Source: Candidatus Woesearchaeota archaeon (GTDB lineage Archaea; Nanobdellota; Nanobdellia; Pacearchaeales; GW2011-AR1). Taken from it: a stretch of 64,000 nt of DNA. Shown here piece by piece: positions 1 through 9,150 of the stretch. A program made the position numbers and the translations under genes. The DNA lies in contig CAZTCF010000002.1 in assembly GCA_964612685.1 (NCBI GenBank), positions 212-64,211 of the forward strand, written 5' to 3'. The notes beneath the pieces were generated by a model. That model had not been told where the DNA came from, searched no databases, and was given only the letters and a program-made list of their open reading frames with translations. Numbering within the stretch: position 1 is the stretch's first letter; the number at the start of each line of letters is the position of its first letter.

Positions 1-3000
1 TATTCTGGGTTATTGTAAAGTTGAAAATATTACTATCATTTGTATATCCGCTCTTATTTGCAAATATTGAATAATTATTATAATAACTTCTTGTTCCAGC
101 ATTATTAACATACTCAGTAACTTCTTGTCTTGCTATCCAACCAGATGCATTTGTTTGTGCAGTGGACTGAAGAACACCTGTTGCATTATAAGCTGAAACA
201 TTTGCGTCTGAAACTGCACTTCCAGAACTATCATTTACATACGCCTGATAATACCATTTTCTTATTAATTCGTTGTCTGTTCCTCCAACAGTTTCACTAT
301 CATAAGAACAATTTATGAAAGTGTTATTCTTGCTTAAAGGAGTTGAAAATAAGTTTACATCAAATGTGGTTCCAGATATATCTATGCAGTCTCTGAAAGT
401 TGTCCAATTTACATTAACCATAAAAATACCTAGATTTCCTGATGCTCTCTGATTGATAAAAGTGTTATTGTAGTTAGAAAAAAGGTAAATTCCTTGCCCT
501 ATACTTGAAATTCCAGTATTATTTATTAAAGTATTATTGTTTGAAGAACCTGCAACATATATTCCAATTCCATTATTTACATTCATACCAGTATTATTTA
601 TCAAGATATTATTGCTGGAAGTTCCTAATACAATTCCAAAATTATCGGCAGCATAACTAGTTCCGTTATTTGATGTTAAAGTGTTATTATCTGAAGATTC
701 TTCTATGTAAATACCACTCGAGGAAGTACTTGTTGCTTTGTTTTCAGTTAAATTCATATATGAAGAATTGTAAATATAAATTGCCTGGCCACTAACCGAA
801 TTAGTTGTAGCATTGTTTCTAAGAAGAGTATTATTATTTGAAAATGCTAAAATGTAAATTCCTGATCCGGTATTTGAAGTTGCATTGTTGCCTATCAAAG
901 TATTATTAGAAGAGTAAGAATTGATAACAATGCCGCCAGAAGAACTACTTGTTGCATTATTACTTATTAAAGTATTATTAGTACTATTTCTAAGATAAAT
1001 TCCGTGGTTTAAATTAGAACTTGCATTACACCCAGAAATAAGATTATTGGATGCAGAGTCTATATAAAATCCATAACCATCATAAGTAGACTGGCCTGTA
1101 GAGTTATAAATAGAATTATTATTTCCATATATACCTTTCCCAGCGCTCGTGTTTGAGATTCCTGTAGAATTTATAATAGTTATATTTGAAGTATCAGTCC
1201 AGATTATAATTCCATGATACTCTTTTGTTCTGCCTGTTGAATTAACAACCCTTATTCCAGAACCGCCATTAATATCAATACCATGACAATTGCTAACATT
1301 GGTAGACACATTCTGTATTAATCCATAATCTGCCCCAATAGTAAAGAAAACCCCTGCTCTCCAAGGGTCTGCATTAGTCCAATTACCATCCAAGATTCTA
1401 CAATTTTTAACAGTTGTATTAAATTGATTTGTATAAACTCCCCTGGTCCCTATGGCTCCTCCTGTTGAGAAAGTTATCCAGTATCCATTACAATCAACGG
1501 TTACATTAGCAGCAGAAACTGTAAGGCATGTTCCCTGAGAGGAAATATTTTCAGTTAAAGTATATGTTTGCCCCTCGACATCTAATGTTCCAGAATTTCC
1601 AATTGTTGTACAATCTGCAGGACCTGGAATCTCTAAAGTCATGAAATCATCAACCTTATTCTGAGTTATTGTAAAATTAAACTCATTACTATCGTTAATA
1701 TATCCTATCTTACTTGCATTAACAGTATAATTATTGTAATAGCTTACTGTCCCAGAAGTATTCACATATTCGGTAATGTTTTGAACTAAAATATGTCCAG
1801 TTAAATTTGTTAAAGCAGTGAATTGAATATCTCCGGTAGTGTTGTATGCTGTAATATTTGCCCCCTCAACTGCATTTCCAGAACTATCATTTACATACGC
1901 TTTATAATACCATCTCCTTATAATCTGATTTCCTTCCCCCGTAGTATTTTCAGAATCATAAGAACAATTCAAGAAAATATTTCCAGTAGAACTAATTGTC
2001 TCAAATTCAGCATACACGTCATTAGTGCTTCCACTTACATAAATACAATCTGTTATGTTATTATAACTGCTGTCCTCAAAATGAAAACCATATCTTCCGG
2101 AAGTATTTGTATTTATAAAAATATTATTGTTTGAACTAGACTCAAAACGTATTGAATCTGAAGTAGCAATTGCAGTATGATTTATCAAAGTATTATTGCT
2201 TGAACCACTTGTTAACGCAGTGGCATATTGGGAAGATGAGATTACATTATTATTTATAAGAATATTTCTTGAAGAAGAAGAAATCCTTATTCCCTGATTA
2301 GAAGAAGCAAATGCACTATTATTTGTAAGATTAACATAATCTGAGCTAGATAAATAAATTGCCTGAGAATTACTTGTATTTACATAATTATTAAACAATG
2401 TAGAATTATCCCCATTATCTAGATAAATACCTCTTCTAGATAGATACCCTCCAGATCTATTCCCATCAATTATATTACAATTCCTTATTGTTGTATTAAA
2501 CTGATTTGTATAAATTCCATAACGTGCATCAACTCCATTTATGGAATAGTTAATCAATCCATTAGCACAATCAAAAGTATTATTCTGCCCACGGTCTATA
2601 TAAATTCCATGAGCACTACTGTTTATGTTTATATCTGTAAATGTATTGCCATGAGAATTATTTGTAACTAAAATACCTGCAATTGTAATATTATTAAAAG
2701 ATATGTACGTAAAATTACTATTAGTTGTTCCATTAACAATTAAACCATATTCACTTCCACCCGTTATGTTGTATAAAGTTATATTATCTGCATTTTCAAC
2801 ATATACATCTATTGGAAAATTAGAAAACTTACAATCTCTAATAGTAATATTTGAACTATTTATCAAAATACCTTTAGAATTTTCAACATTATCTCCGATT
2901 ATGTAGTATCCTCCACAATCTAAAGTTATATTTTGAGCTGTTATATTAAAACCATTTTCCAAGGAAGAAATATTTCCTGTTAAGGTACATGATTTATTTT

Positions 3001-3060
3001 CAATATCTAGAGAACCACATTCAGAACTTCCAGCACCAGGATTCAATATTATTCTTCTGT
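1..3060 (-). repeat. Intragenic tandem duplication of a roughly 1.5-1.65 kb beta-helix module within the giant gene, seen as two diverged copies (about 1640..3060 and about 1..1640)
   Basis: Parallel peptide landmarks sit about 1650 nt apart. NCSYDSE...RWYY(K/Q)AYVNDSSG appears near 1950 and near 300. (N/Y)xNDSN(E/I)FNFTITQN appears near 1650 and near 10. PG(P/A)...C...TLT(E/G)NISS appears near 3050 and near 1600. Confidence 0.6.
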
Positions 3061-6000
3061 CTTCTGTATTATTATCAAGAACATTGGAATTTCCATAGCT
3101 TGAATTAAATAAAACATCCAACAAGTATTCTTGATTGGGGGTTGTTGATGTAACGTTTATTGTCCAGTTCGGATAAAAAGATTCTCCCTCATTAAGAACT
3201 GCTGAAGATGTTTGTGGATTTGAGGCTCCTCTAGAACCATTGACTTTGATTTCAATAAAATCAACTTCGATAGAAGTAGTAAGAGAATCACTATTACCTT
3301 TTACAAGAATCTGAATTATTCCATCAGAACCAATTATATCATCTATTTTTAGGGAAGTAGTTTTGTTAAAGGTTAAATTATGATATTGGAAACCCTCTAA
3401 ATTAATTGAAGATACTTGCTTCCATGGATCACCCATGATGCCTCCGCTATAATTATATACAAAAACAGTAAATTGATAATCTGAACTAGAATATGATCTT
3501 CCATATATTGAGAGATTTATCTCATTTATGGAATCTTTTGACTCTAAAATTTTAAAATCAAATTTCTCATAAGGTTTATTCGATCCAAATCCAGATGGAA
3601 GGGAAGTTTTTGTAACAAATCCATCAATAAAAACTAGATTAGAATAACCTTCATTATAAAACTCATATTGATTATTAGGTTGAAATGAGACAAATGAAGA
3701 ACATGAGCCATTAGTAGCTTTATGTGTTGAAGAAGGATTAGTTATCCCACTAAAATTATAGACATATATATCCTCTCCACCACTTCCAAGGTTATAAAAA
3801 GGAGATCCTCCTTCACTAATATTAATATTTGTATCGGGAGAAGCACTTGAAAGATTATATCTCGCTGTCGCACTTACTGTTCCGCAATATGCTCCACCCA
3901 CACAAGTCACACTTGCATTTATTGTTAAATTAGTATTTCCAGTAAAGTATCCAGAATCATTTGCAGGAAGAATTATGCTAACATTTAAGATACCATAATA
4001 AGGAGTCGTTGTCAAAGTATAAACAGGTGTTGAATTATAATTTGGTGTTGAATAAGAATCTTTGAAATACCACCTATAACCTATAATCGCCCCACTAGTT
4101 GAATTCAATGTTTTTGTAACATTTGCCCAGGAAGGAGTTGAGGTGAAATTAACTGCACTATCATTCACCCAAGCCCCAGTATTATTAGTTGAGAAAATAT
4201 ATTGCCCATTTGGATGCAATGCAATATTATCAGTCACATTTATTGCAAAATTAGTTATTTGCCCTGCAAGAGTGTTATTAACTGAAACAGAATTATACTG
4301 GGGAGAAGTTAAATCAACAGGCTCTGCATATGTTATTTTTAACATACCTTGTGCTCCTGTTCCTCCAACCCCATTAGTTCCCCCTGCTTTTTCTCCTCCA
4401 CCTCCAGCTCCACCATAATTAAGTCCAGCATCTCCACTTGCGTCTGTGTTACCTGCACCTCCATCTCCTCCCCCAATTGAAGTTCCTATTCCTCCTGTAG
4501 CACTTGTACTATTTCCACCCCAACCAGTTGTTCCAGAACCTCCTCCTCCTCCTCCTCCTGATGAACTCCCAGTGTATCCATTTCCGCCCCCATAAATTGT
4601 GGTACCCACACCTCCAGAAATAGAACCTAAGCCTCCAGCCCCTGCAGCTTTATTAATTCCTCCTTTACCTCCTTCACCACCCATTGCAACAACATAATTT
4701 CCTGTAGAATTGAAGAAACTTGTATTATATCCTTGTGAACCATCACCTGTACCCCCCGTTATTGATGAAGCAATAAAAATGTTAAAAGTAGTCGAAGGAG
4801 TTACAGTTAAATTACGTTTAGCATACTGGCCACCTGCTCCGCCTCCTCCACCATAACCACTCGATATAGAACCTCCACCTGCTCCGCCTCCTCCCCAAGC
4901 TTCAATCATTATTTCAGTAACTTCGGTAGGAACCTGCCATGTGTTTGCACCAGTTGTAATATTAAATACTGCTATACATGTTCCTGAAACGCAACTTAAG
5001 TAATCTGGAGGATCAACAATATAATCAAACTCAACACTTCCTCCAATAATTCTCAAATCAAATGTATCTTGCTCTCCAATCAGACTTGTCAAGAATCTTT
5101 TGTTATAAGAATTATTAATAATTGGATTAAATTCGGCAATCAATGTGCTTTCATTCACTTCATAAATCTCAATCCTTGGTGTTCCCGAAACTATTCTTGG
5201 ATATACTGTTATATCCCTATCACTTGTCAAATTACTCTCAAAAGTAACTCTAACATAATCTCCATCAGGAATTTCCTCACTCCAAATATCATCTAATAGA
5301 ACAACCTCTTGGTAGATATCCGAAATAAAGTCTCTAGTTGAGTTAAGATGATGTGCAAAGATTATTACAATAACTTCTGCAAAAGCAGGATCTTCTGGAT
5401 TTAAAGTGAAATTATAAGTCTCTCCAGGAGTGATATCCATAACTTTAATCCATTCCCCATAACATGTTTGTTCAGTGAAATTCCAATCCTGACATTTGTA
5501 TAATTCATTACCCGTTGCAAATACAGTTACTGTAGCATTTGTATTTAAATGAGGATTTAATGCATAAACATTAGTAAAATTTTCTACTTCGGAAGGCTGA
5601 TCAATATCAATTATTCCTTCAGTGTAGTTTTCAATTAAAGTATTTTCATATTCAATTTGGAATATGGGATTTCCAACAGGATTTATTAAAATATCTTTCT
5701 CCCCTTCTTCAACAGATATTAATTCTGATTCAGTCATAGTTGAATTCATTTCAACTTCCTGACTTTCAGTATTATAGATTATAACTTCAGCTTCCTGAAA
5801 ATTTCCTTGTGCATCATTTAAAGACACATTCATCAATACAAGCGGAGGTAGAACTGTAATATTTCCTATTATTGAACCTAGATTATCTGAGCTATCATTT
5901 GCAAAAATTGTATAAGTGTAATTTCCTGCAGATAATCCAGAAGTATTAATTGTCCCGTTCCATAAATCATTGCTTGCAGGAGTTGTATAATTTACTTCAA

Positions 6001-9000
6001 ACCAAACTTCATATATCTTTAATGTTGACTCTGAATTATTAAGATGTATTTCTGTAAGAAGATTGAAATCTGCAAAACTCCAGTCCCTTTCTGATGTAAC
6101 ATCAAATTCTGTTATCTCTGGTGTTTCACTTGTTGAATTAAATTCATGGGTTAAACCTTGCTCTTCTCCTCCATTAGAGCTTGCCCAATGTAAATACCCT
6201 ATTGTGTCATAACTTAATTTAGAATGAATAACTTTTACCTTTACTGAATTTATTATACCTGCTACGCTCACTCCAGAAGTTTTTATTGTTAAGAGAGGAT
6301 TAACTGCATTTATTCCTGAAGAAGTATCATTATTATTATCATAAGAGTTAAGATAATTAACCACCCTGTTAGTTTCAATTGTACCTTTTGCAGCAGGCCT
6401 TATTATTGCAACATTTGAGATTGTTTGAGGATTTTGTCCTAATGAATAATTTAAATTATCTATCTCAATTATTGCTCCCTCAACTTCCAAATTATCTGTA
6501 ATATTTGCTGTTAAACTTAGGTTTTCTCCTTCTCTAATTGTTGACGGAATACTCACTGAATTTATTACAGGAACTTGAGATTCATTATAAGTTATGTTTA
6601 ACTGAGGTCTGATTGTAGCGTTAATATTATCACTTGAAGGGAAATGCCATTGTCCATGTCCGTTTTCACCATAAAGTATAATCCCATAATTTTCGTAAGT
6701 TCCATTAACCCAGTTCTGTACTAACTGAGTTATATCCAATGTATAATAAGTTCCTGCTGTTGTTAAATTTCTAATTGCCCATACTCTTGAATCAAAATCC
6801 CCTCCAGGGATATCCCAACTTTCTGTTCCGCTTCTGTTAGTCCAGGTTACTCCATCATAAGTATTCTGGCTATCCCCTGTACCCTCAATCCAGCTGTTAT
6901 TTATCCTATAAACACTTATGGGATTAGTTCCTGTTCCTGCAGAAGATAAATAGAAAGTAAGATTTGCATTAACAATATTTGCTGTTTCTGTTACATCGGA
7001 TAAATCAAATTCTAGCAACATTCTTTCTGTGTTACTTATTATCATAGAAGTAGATGCGCCAAAATTTCTGTTTGGAGTTGAACTATCAATATGAGCATCT
7101 TTTCCTTCTGTCCCTAATTGGATAGTTATCAAAAATGTCTGATTGGATAAATGAGGAACAATCCATTCAACATAATCATAAAATCCGTTATTATCTTTGT
7201 CTTCAACCCTCTCTGCAGGAAGGTAAACTTCTTCTTCAATCCAATATATTTTCAGTTCAGAAGGACTTCTTATATCCAAACTTTCACTTAAATTTGTAAA
7301 TGCTAAAACATTTTCATAATGAACCTCTTCAGAACCTGCAATTATTACTTTCTTTCCTTTTTCAGTTTCTTCTTCAGAAGAGTATGGTGCAGGAGTTTCA
7401 TACTCAATTTCATATAAGTCAGAATTATCTTCAATCAATACTTCTATTGAGTTTGATCTTTCTTTAATTTTTTTATTTTCAGTAAGAAGCTTCCCTTGGG
7501 AAGGACTCGACTCTTCTTTTTGAGAAGCTTCTTTTTCTGAATATGATTCCCTATCAATAATCTTGCTAACACTAATTTTCTCAGAACCCTTTGGAAGTTC
7601 AATTTTAACATTCCCTTTTTCAGGAAGTTCAATTTGCTTTTTCCATTTTACTGGCTGTCCAAGAACTGCATCATACTGAATAGTGTTTATTGTAATATTT
7701 TCCAAGATAATAGGAACTTCTTCCAGAATAATAGAATAATCAATACTCCCTAGCCTTAGTGTAGCATTTCCTTCTATCTCCACCCTTAAAGTATAAGAAG
7801 AATTTGTTAAACTCAATTTTTCAAGATTGCATGTATCTTCACAAACCCCATTAAAGATATTTTCAGTTAGAGACTCCTCCTGGGAAGGACTCGACTCTTC
7901 TTTTGAAGGAGTCTCTGTTTCTGAATATGATATATTGGATTGTGTTTCATTGCTTTCCTGTTCATAAGTAACATTTGTTTGAACTTCTCTCTCATTAGTT
8001 TCAATATCTTCTGTTTGATTTCTCTGGGGGTATGATTGATTTGTTTCAGTTAGAGACTCCTCCTGGGAAGGACTCGACTCTTCTTTTGAAGGAGTCTCTG
8101 TTTCTGAATATGAAATCGATTCGTTTTCTGTTTGAGGCGTATCATCCAAAGTCTTATCTAAACTTTCAGAAGCTTGAGGTTCCTCCTGGGAAGGACTCGA
8201 CTCTTCTTGCAAAGGAACCTCGCTCTCTATCTTCTCTTCTGAATATGATACTTCTGATGAAATTGTTTGAGAATTTGTAGTTTCAGTTAGAGACTCCTCC
8301 TGGGAAGGACTCGAATCTTCTTTTGAAGGAGTCTCTGTTTCTGAATATGAATCTTCTGAAGTAGTTGTCTGAGAATCTGTTGTTATTGTTTCGGTTTCTT
8401 CAATAATCATTCCGGTTAAAGGAGAATTATATTTTGGAGAACTTGATTTCGATTTAATCTTTGAACTATCCAATATTAACAAATCATTGAGATAAACTTT
8501 AATCTCTCCCTCTCCTTTTATCTCACCATTAATTTTAACTGAACTTAATTGTCCAGGATTTTCTAAGTTCAATTCATAATTTGTAGATTCATTAGTTATC
8601 AGTCCAATTATCTGTGAATACTCTTGTTCCTGAAATCCTTCACCCACAAAAAATCCTGTTAACCCAATACTAGAATAATCTAAAGAAAGAGCAGCAAAAA
8701 TAAACCCTCCTAAAAATAGAACTCCAAAAAATAAAGCTAAAACTCTGTTCCTTATTACCTTTGCCTTTTGTCTCTCGATCGCCTTTTCGCAGTTCTTAGA
8801 ATAATTTTCATAATAATCAACCCACTCTTTTATGTTTCTTCCATTGGTTTTTTTCGTGAGCGTCTCTACATATTTTGCCCCAGAAATCTGTTTATTTGCA
8901 TGTGCTTGATTTAATCTTTTTAAATAATCAACAAGCTCATTTTTTCTGCTTTGAGAAGCCTCTTTATTTCTTTGTAAACTACTAACTAGTGCCTTTGCTA

Positions 9001-9016
9001 ATCGAGTCCTTCCCAT
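1..9016 (-). CDS. Giant cell-surface protein (more than 3005 aa in window; C-terminus lies beyond the window start). Has N-terminal cytoplasmic region plus one TM helix, acidic tandem repeats, a Gly-rich tract and tandem parallel beta-helix (PbH1-like) modules
   Basis: Manual translation of the minus strand from ATG at 9016..9014 (preceded by in-frame TAA at 9022..9020) runs with no stop to position 2, in the frame whose top base is 1 mod 3. The protein begins MGRTRLAKALVSSLQRNKEAS..., with a hydrophobic helix VLALFFGVLFLGGFIFAALSL. Repeats of SYSETETPSKEESSPSQEESLTE follow, then a Gly-rich block (GGGGAGGGSISSGYGGGGGAGG), then many N-x-[ST]-rich beta-helix-like repeats (NITLYNITGGSEYGLIVNGTTNSNFTYISFNNITIAG...). 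All listed ORFs in 1..9000 are short and fall in other frames. It is absent from the ORF track because it is incomplete. Confidence 0.8.
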   Translation of the reverse strand, partial: MGRTRLAKALVSSLQRNKEASQSRKNELVDYLKRLNQAHANKQISGAKYVETLTKKTNGRNIKEWVDYYENYSKNCEKAIERQKAKVIRNRVLALFFGVLFLGGFIFAALSLDYSSIGLTGFFVGEGFQEQEYSQIIGLITNESTNYELNLENPGQLSSVKINGEIKGEGEIKVYLNDLLILDSSKIKSKSSSPKYNSPLTGMIIEETETITTDSQTTTSEDSYSETETPSKEDSSPSQEESLTETTNSQTISSEVSYSEEKIESEVPLQEESSPSQEEPQASESLDKTLDDTPQTENESISYSETETPSKEESSPSQEESLTETNQSYPQRNQTEDIETNEREVQTNVTYEQESNETQSNISYSETETPSKEESSPSQEESLTENIFNGVCEDTCNLEKLSLTNSSYTLRVEIEGNATLRLGSIDYSIILEEVPIILENITINTIQYDAVLGQPVKWKKQIELPEKGNVKIELPKGSEKISVSKIIDRESYSEKEASQKEESSPSQGKLLTENKKIKERSNSIEVLIEDNSDLYEIEYETPAPYSSEEETEKGKKVIIAGSEEVHYENVLAFTNLSESLDIRSPSELKIYWIEEEVYLPAERVEDKDNNGFYDYVEWIVPHLSNQTFLITIQLGTEGKDAHIDSSTPNRNFGASTSMIISNTERMLLEFDLSDVTETANIVNANLTFYLSSAGTGTNPISVYRINNSWIEGTGDSQNTYDGVTWTNRSGTESWDIPGGDFDSRVWAIRNLTTAGTYYTLDITQLVQNWVNGTYENYGIILYGENGHGQWHFPSSDNINATIRPQLNITYNESQVPVINSVSIPSTIREGENLSLTANITDNLEVEGAIIEIDNLNYSLGQNPQTISNVAIIRPAAKGTIETNRVVNYLNSYDNNNDTSSGINAVNPLLTIKTSGVSVAGIINSVKVKVIHSKLSYDTIGYLHWASSNGGEEQGLTHEFNSTSETPEITEFDVTSERDWSFADFNLLTEIHLNNSESTLKIYEVWFEVNYTTPASNDLWNGTINTSGLSAGNYTYTIFANDSSDNLGSIIGNITVLPPLVLMNVSLNDAQGNFQEAEVIIYNTESQEVEMNSTMTESELISVEEGEKDILINPVGNPIFQIEYENTLIENYTEGIIDIDQPSEVENFTNVYALNPHLNTNATVTVFATGNELYKCQDWNFTEQTCYGEWIKVMDITPGETYNFTLNPEDPAFAEVIVIIFAHHLNSTRDFISDIYQEVVLLDDIWSEEIPDGDYVRVTFESNLTSDRDITVYPRIVSGTPRIEIYEVNESTLIAEFNPIINNSYNKRFLTSLIGEQDTFDLRIIGGSVEFDYIVDPPDYLSCVSGTCIAVFNITTGANTWQVPTEVTEIMIEAWGGGGAGGGSISSGYGGGGGAGGQYAKRNLTVTPSTTFNIFIASSITGGTGDGSQGYNTSFFNSTGNYVVAMGGEGGKGGINKAAGAGGLGSISGGVGTTIYGGGNGYTGSSSGGGGGGGSGTTGWGGNSTSATGGIGTSIGGGDGGAGNTDASGDAGLNYGGAGGGGEKAGGTNGVGGTGAQGMLKITYAEPVDLTSPQYNSVSVNNTLAGQITNFAINVTDNIALHPNGQYIFSTNNTGAWVNDSAVNFTSTPSWANVTKTLNSTSGAIIGYRWYFKDSYSTPNYNSTPVYTLTTTPYYGILNVSIILPANDSGYFTGNTNLTINASVTCVGGAYCGTVSATARYNLSSASPDTNINISEGGSPFYNLGSGGEDIYVYNFSGITNPSSTHKATNGSCSSFVSFQPNNQYEFYNEGYSNLVFIDGFVTKTSLPSGFGSNKPYEKFDFKILESKDSINEINLSIYGRSYSSSDYQFTVFVYNYSGGIMGDPWKQVSSINLEGFQYHNLTFNKTTSLKIDDIIGSDGIIQILVKGNSDSLTTSIEVDFIEIKVNGSRGASNPQTSSAVLNEGESFYPNWTINVTSTTPNQEYLLDVLFNSSYGNSNVLDNNTEDRRIILNPGAGSSECGSLDIENKSCTLTGNISSLENGFNITAQNITLDCGGYYIIGDNVENSKGILINSSNITIRDCKFSNFPIDVYVENADNITLYNITGGSEYGLIVNGTTNSNFTYISFNNITIAGILVTNNSHGNTFTDININSSAHGIYIDRGQNNTFDCANGLINYSINGVDARYGIYTNQFNTTIRNCNIIDGNRSGGYLSRRGIYLDNGDNSTLFNNYVNTSNSQAIYLSSSDYVNLTNNSAFASSNQGIRISSSSRNILINNNVISSSQYATALTSGSSNNTLINHTAIATSDSIRFESSSNNNIFINTNTSGRYGFHFEDSSYNNITDCIYVSGSTNDVYAEFETISSTGNIFLNCSYDSENTTGEGNQIIRRWYYKAYVNDSSGNAVEGANITAYNTTGDIQFTALTNLTGHILVQNITEYVNTSGTVSYYNNYTVNASKIGYINDSNEFNFTITQNKVDDFMTLEIPGPADCTTIGNSGTLDVEGQTYTLTENISSQGTCLTVSAANVTVDCNGYWITFSTGGAIGTRGVYTNQFNTTVKNCRILDGNWTNADPWRAGVFFTIGADYGLIQNVSTNVSNCHGIDINGGSGIRVVNSTGRTKEYHGIIIWTDTSNITIINSTGISNTSAGKGIYGNNNSIYNSTGQSTYDGYGFYIDSASNNLISGCNASSNLNHGIYLRNSTNNTLISNNATSSSSGGIVINSYSSNNTLIGNNATSNTGSGIYILAFSNNNTLLRNNATTNSVSGQAIYIYNSSYMNLTENKATSTSSSGIYIEESSDNNTLTSNNGTSYAADNFGIVLGTSSNNILINNTGMNVNNGIGIYVAGSSNNNTLINNTGISSIGQGIYLFSNYNNTFINQRASGNLGIFMVNVNWTTFRDCIDISGTTFDVNLFSTPLSKNNTFINCSYDSETVGGTDNELIRKWYYQAYVNDSSGSAVSDANVSAYNATGVLQSTAQTNASGWIARQEVTEYVNNAGTRSYYNNYSIFANKSGYTNDSNIFNFTITQN
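7480..8350 (-). repeat. In-frame tandem coding repeats (about 66-nt conserved core, at least 5 copies, variable spacing) inside the giant gene, encoding an acidic Ser/Glu/Thr/Pro-rich unit
   Basis: The core ...agactcctcctgggaaggactcgactcttcttttgaaggagtctctgtttctgaatatga... recurs near 7491, 7861, 8041, 8181 and 8281. Each copy translates to ISYSETETPSKEESSPSQEESLTE on the minus strand. Confidence 0.8.
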
Positions 9017-9119
9017 TACTTATTATTTATGTAATATACCTTATAAATATATCTATTATTTATTAAAAATACTTATTATATATGTATAAATAATAAACAG
9101 AAATTTGTAGTTATAATAA

Positions 9120-9132
9120 CATTTATAAAACA
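9120..9132 (+). promoter_or_regulatory. Putative archaeal TATA box for a leaderless glyS transcript; the giant gene diverges from the same AT-rich region
   Basis: tttataaaa lies about 25 nt upstream of the GlyRS ATG at 9151. Additional TATA-like ttataaat boxes at 9040-9060 face the minus-strand giant gene. Confidence 0.3.
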
Positions 9133-9150
9133 AAATGTAGTTATCAAAAC

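Noticed and set aside
4380-4900. G-rich nucleotide tract (cctcctcctcctcc / ggaggtggagg) that might be a G4 cluster or simple-sequence repeat
   Set aside because: It is the coding sequence of the Gly-rich segment of the giant protein (GGx codons), not a non-coding repeat
130-8280. Track ORFs on the + strand (130..318, 1823..2134, 2703..2906, 4143..4418, 5069..5296, 8032..8280) and the minus ORF 7444..7632
   Set aside because: All lie inside, and in other frames than, the continuous 9-kb minus-strand giant ORF. They have low-complexity, stop-poor antisense compositions typical of spurious ORFs
7480-8350. Possible CRISPR array (spaced direct repeats)
   Set aside because: The repeats are about 66 nt, variably spaced, in frame within a long ORF, and encode a repeated peptide. 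No cas genes nearby
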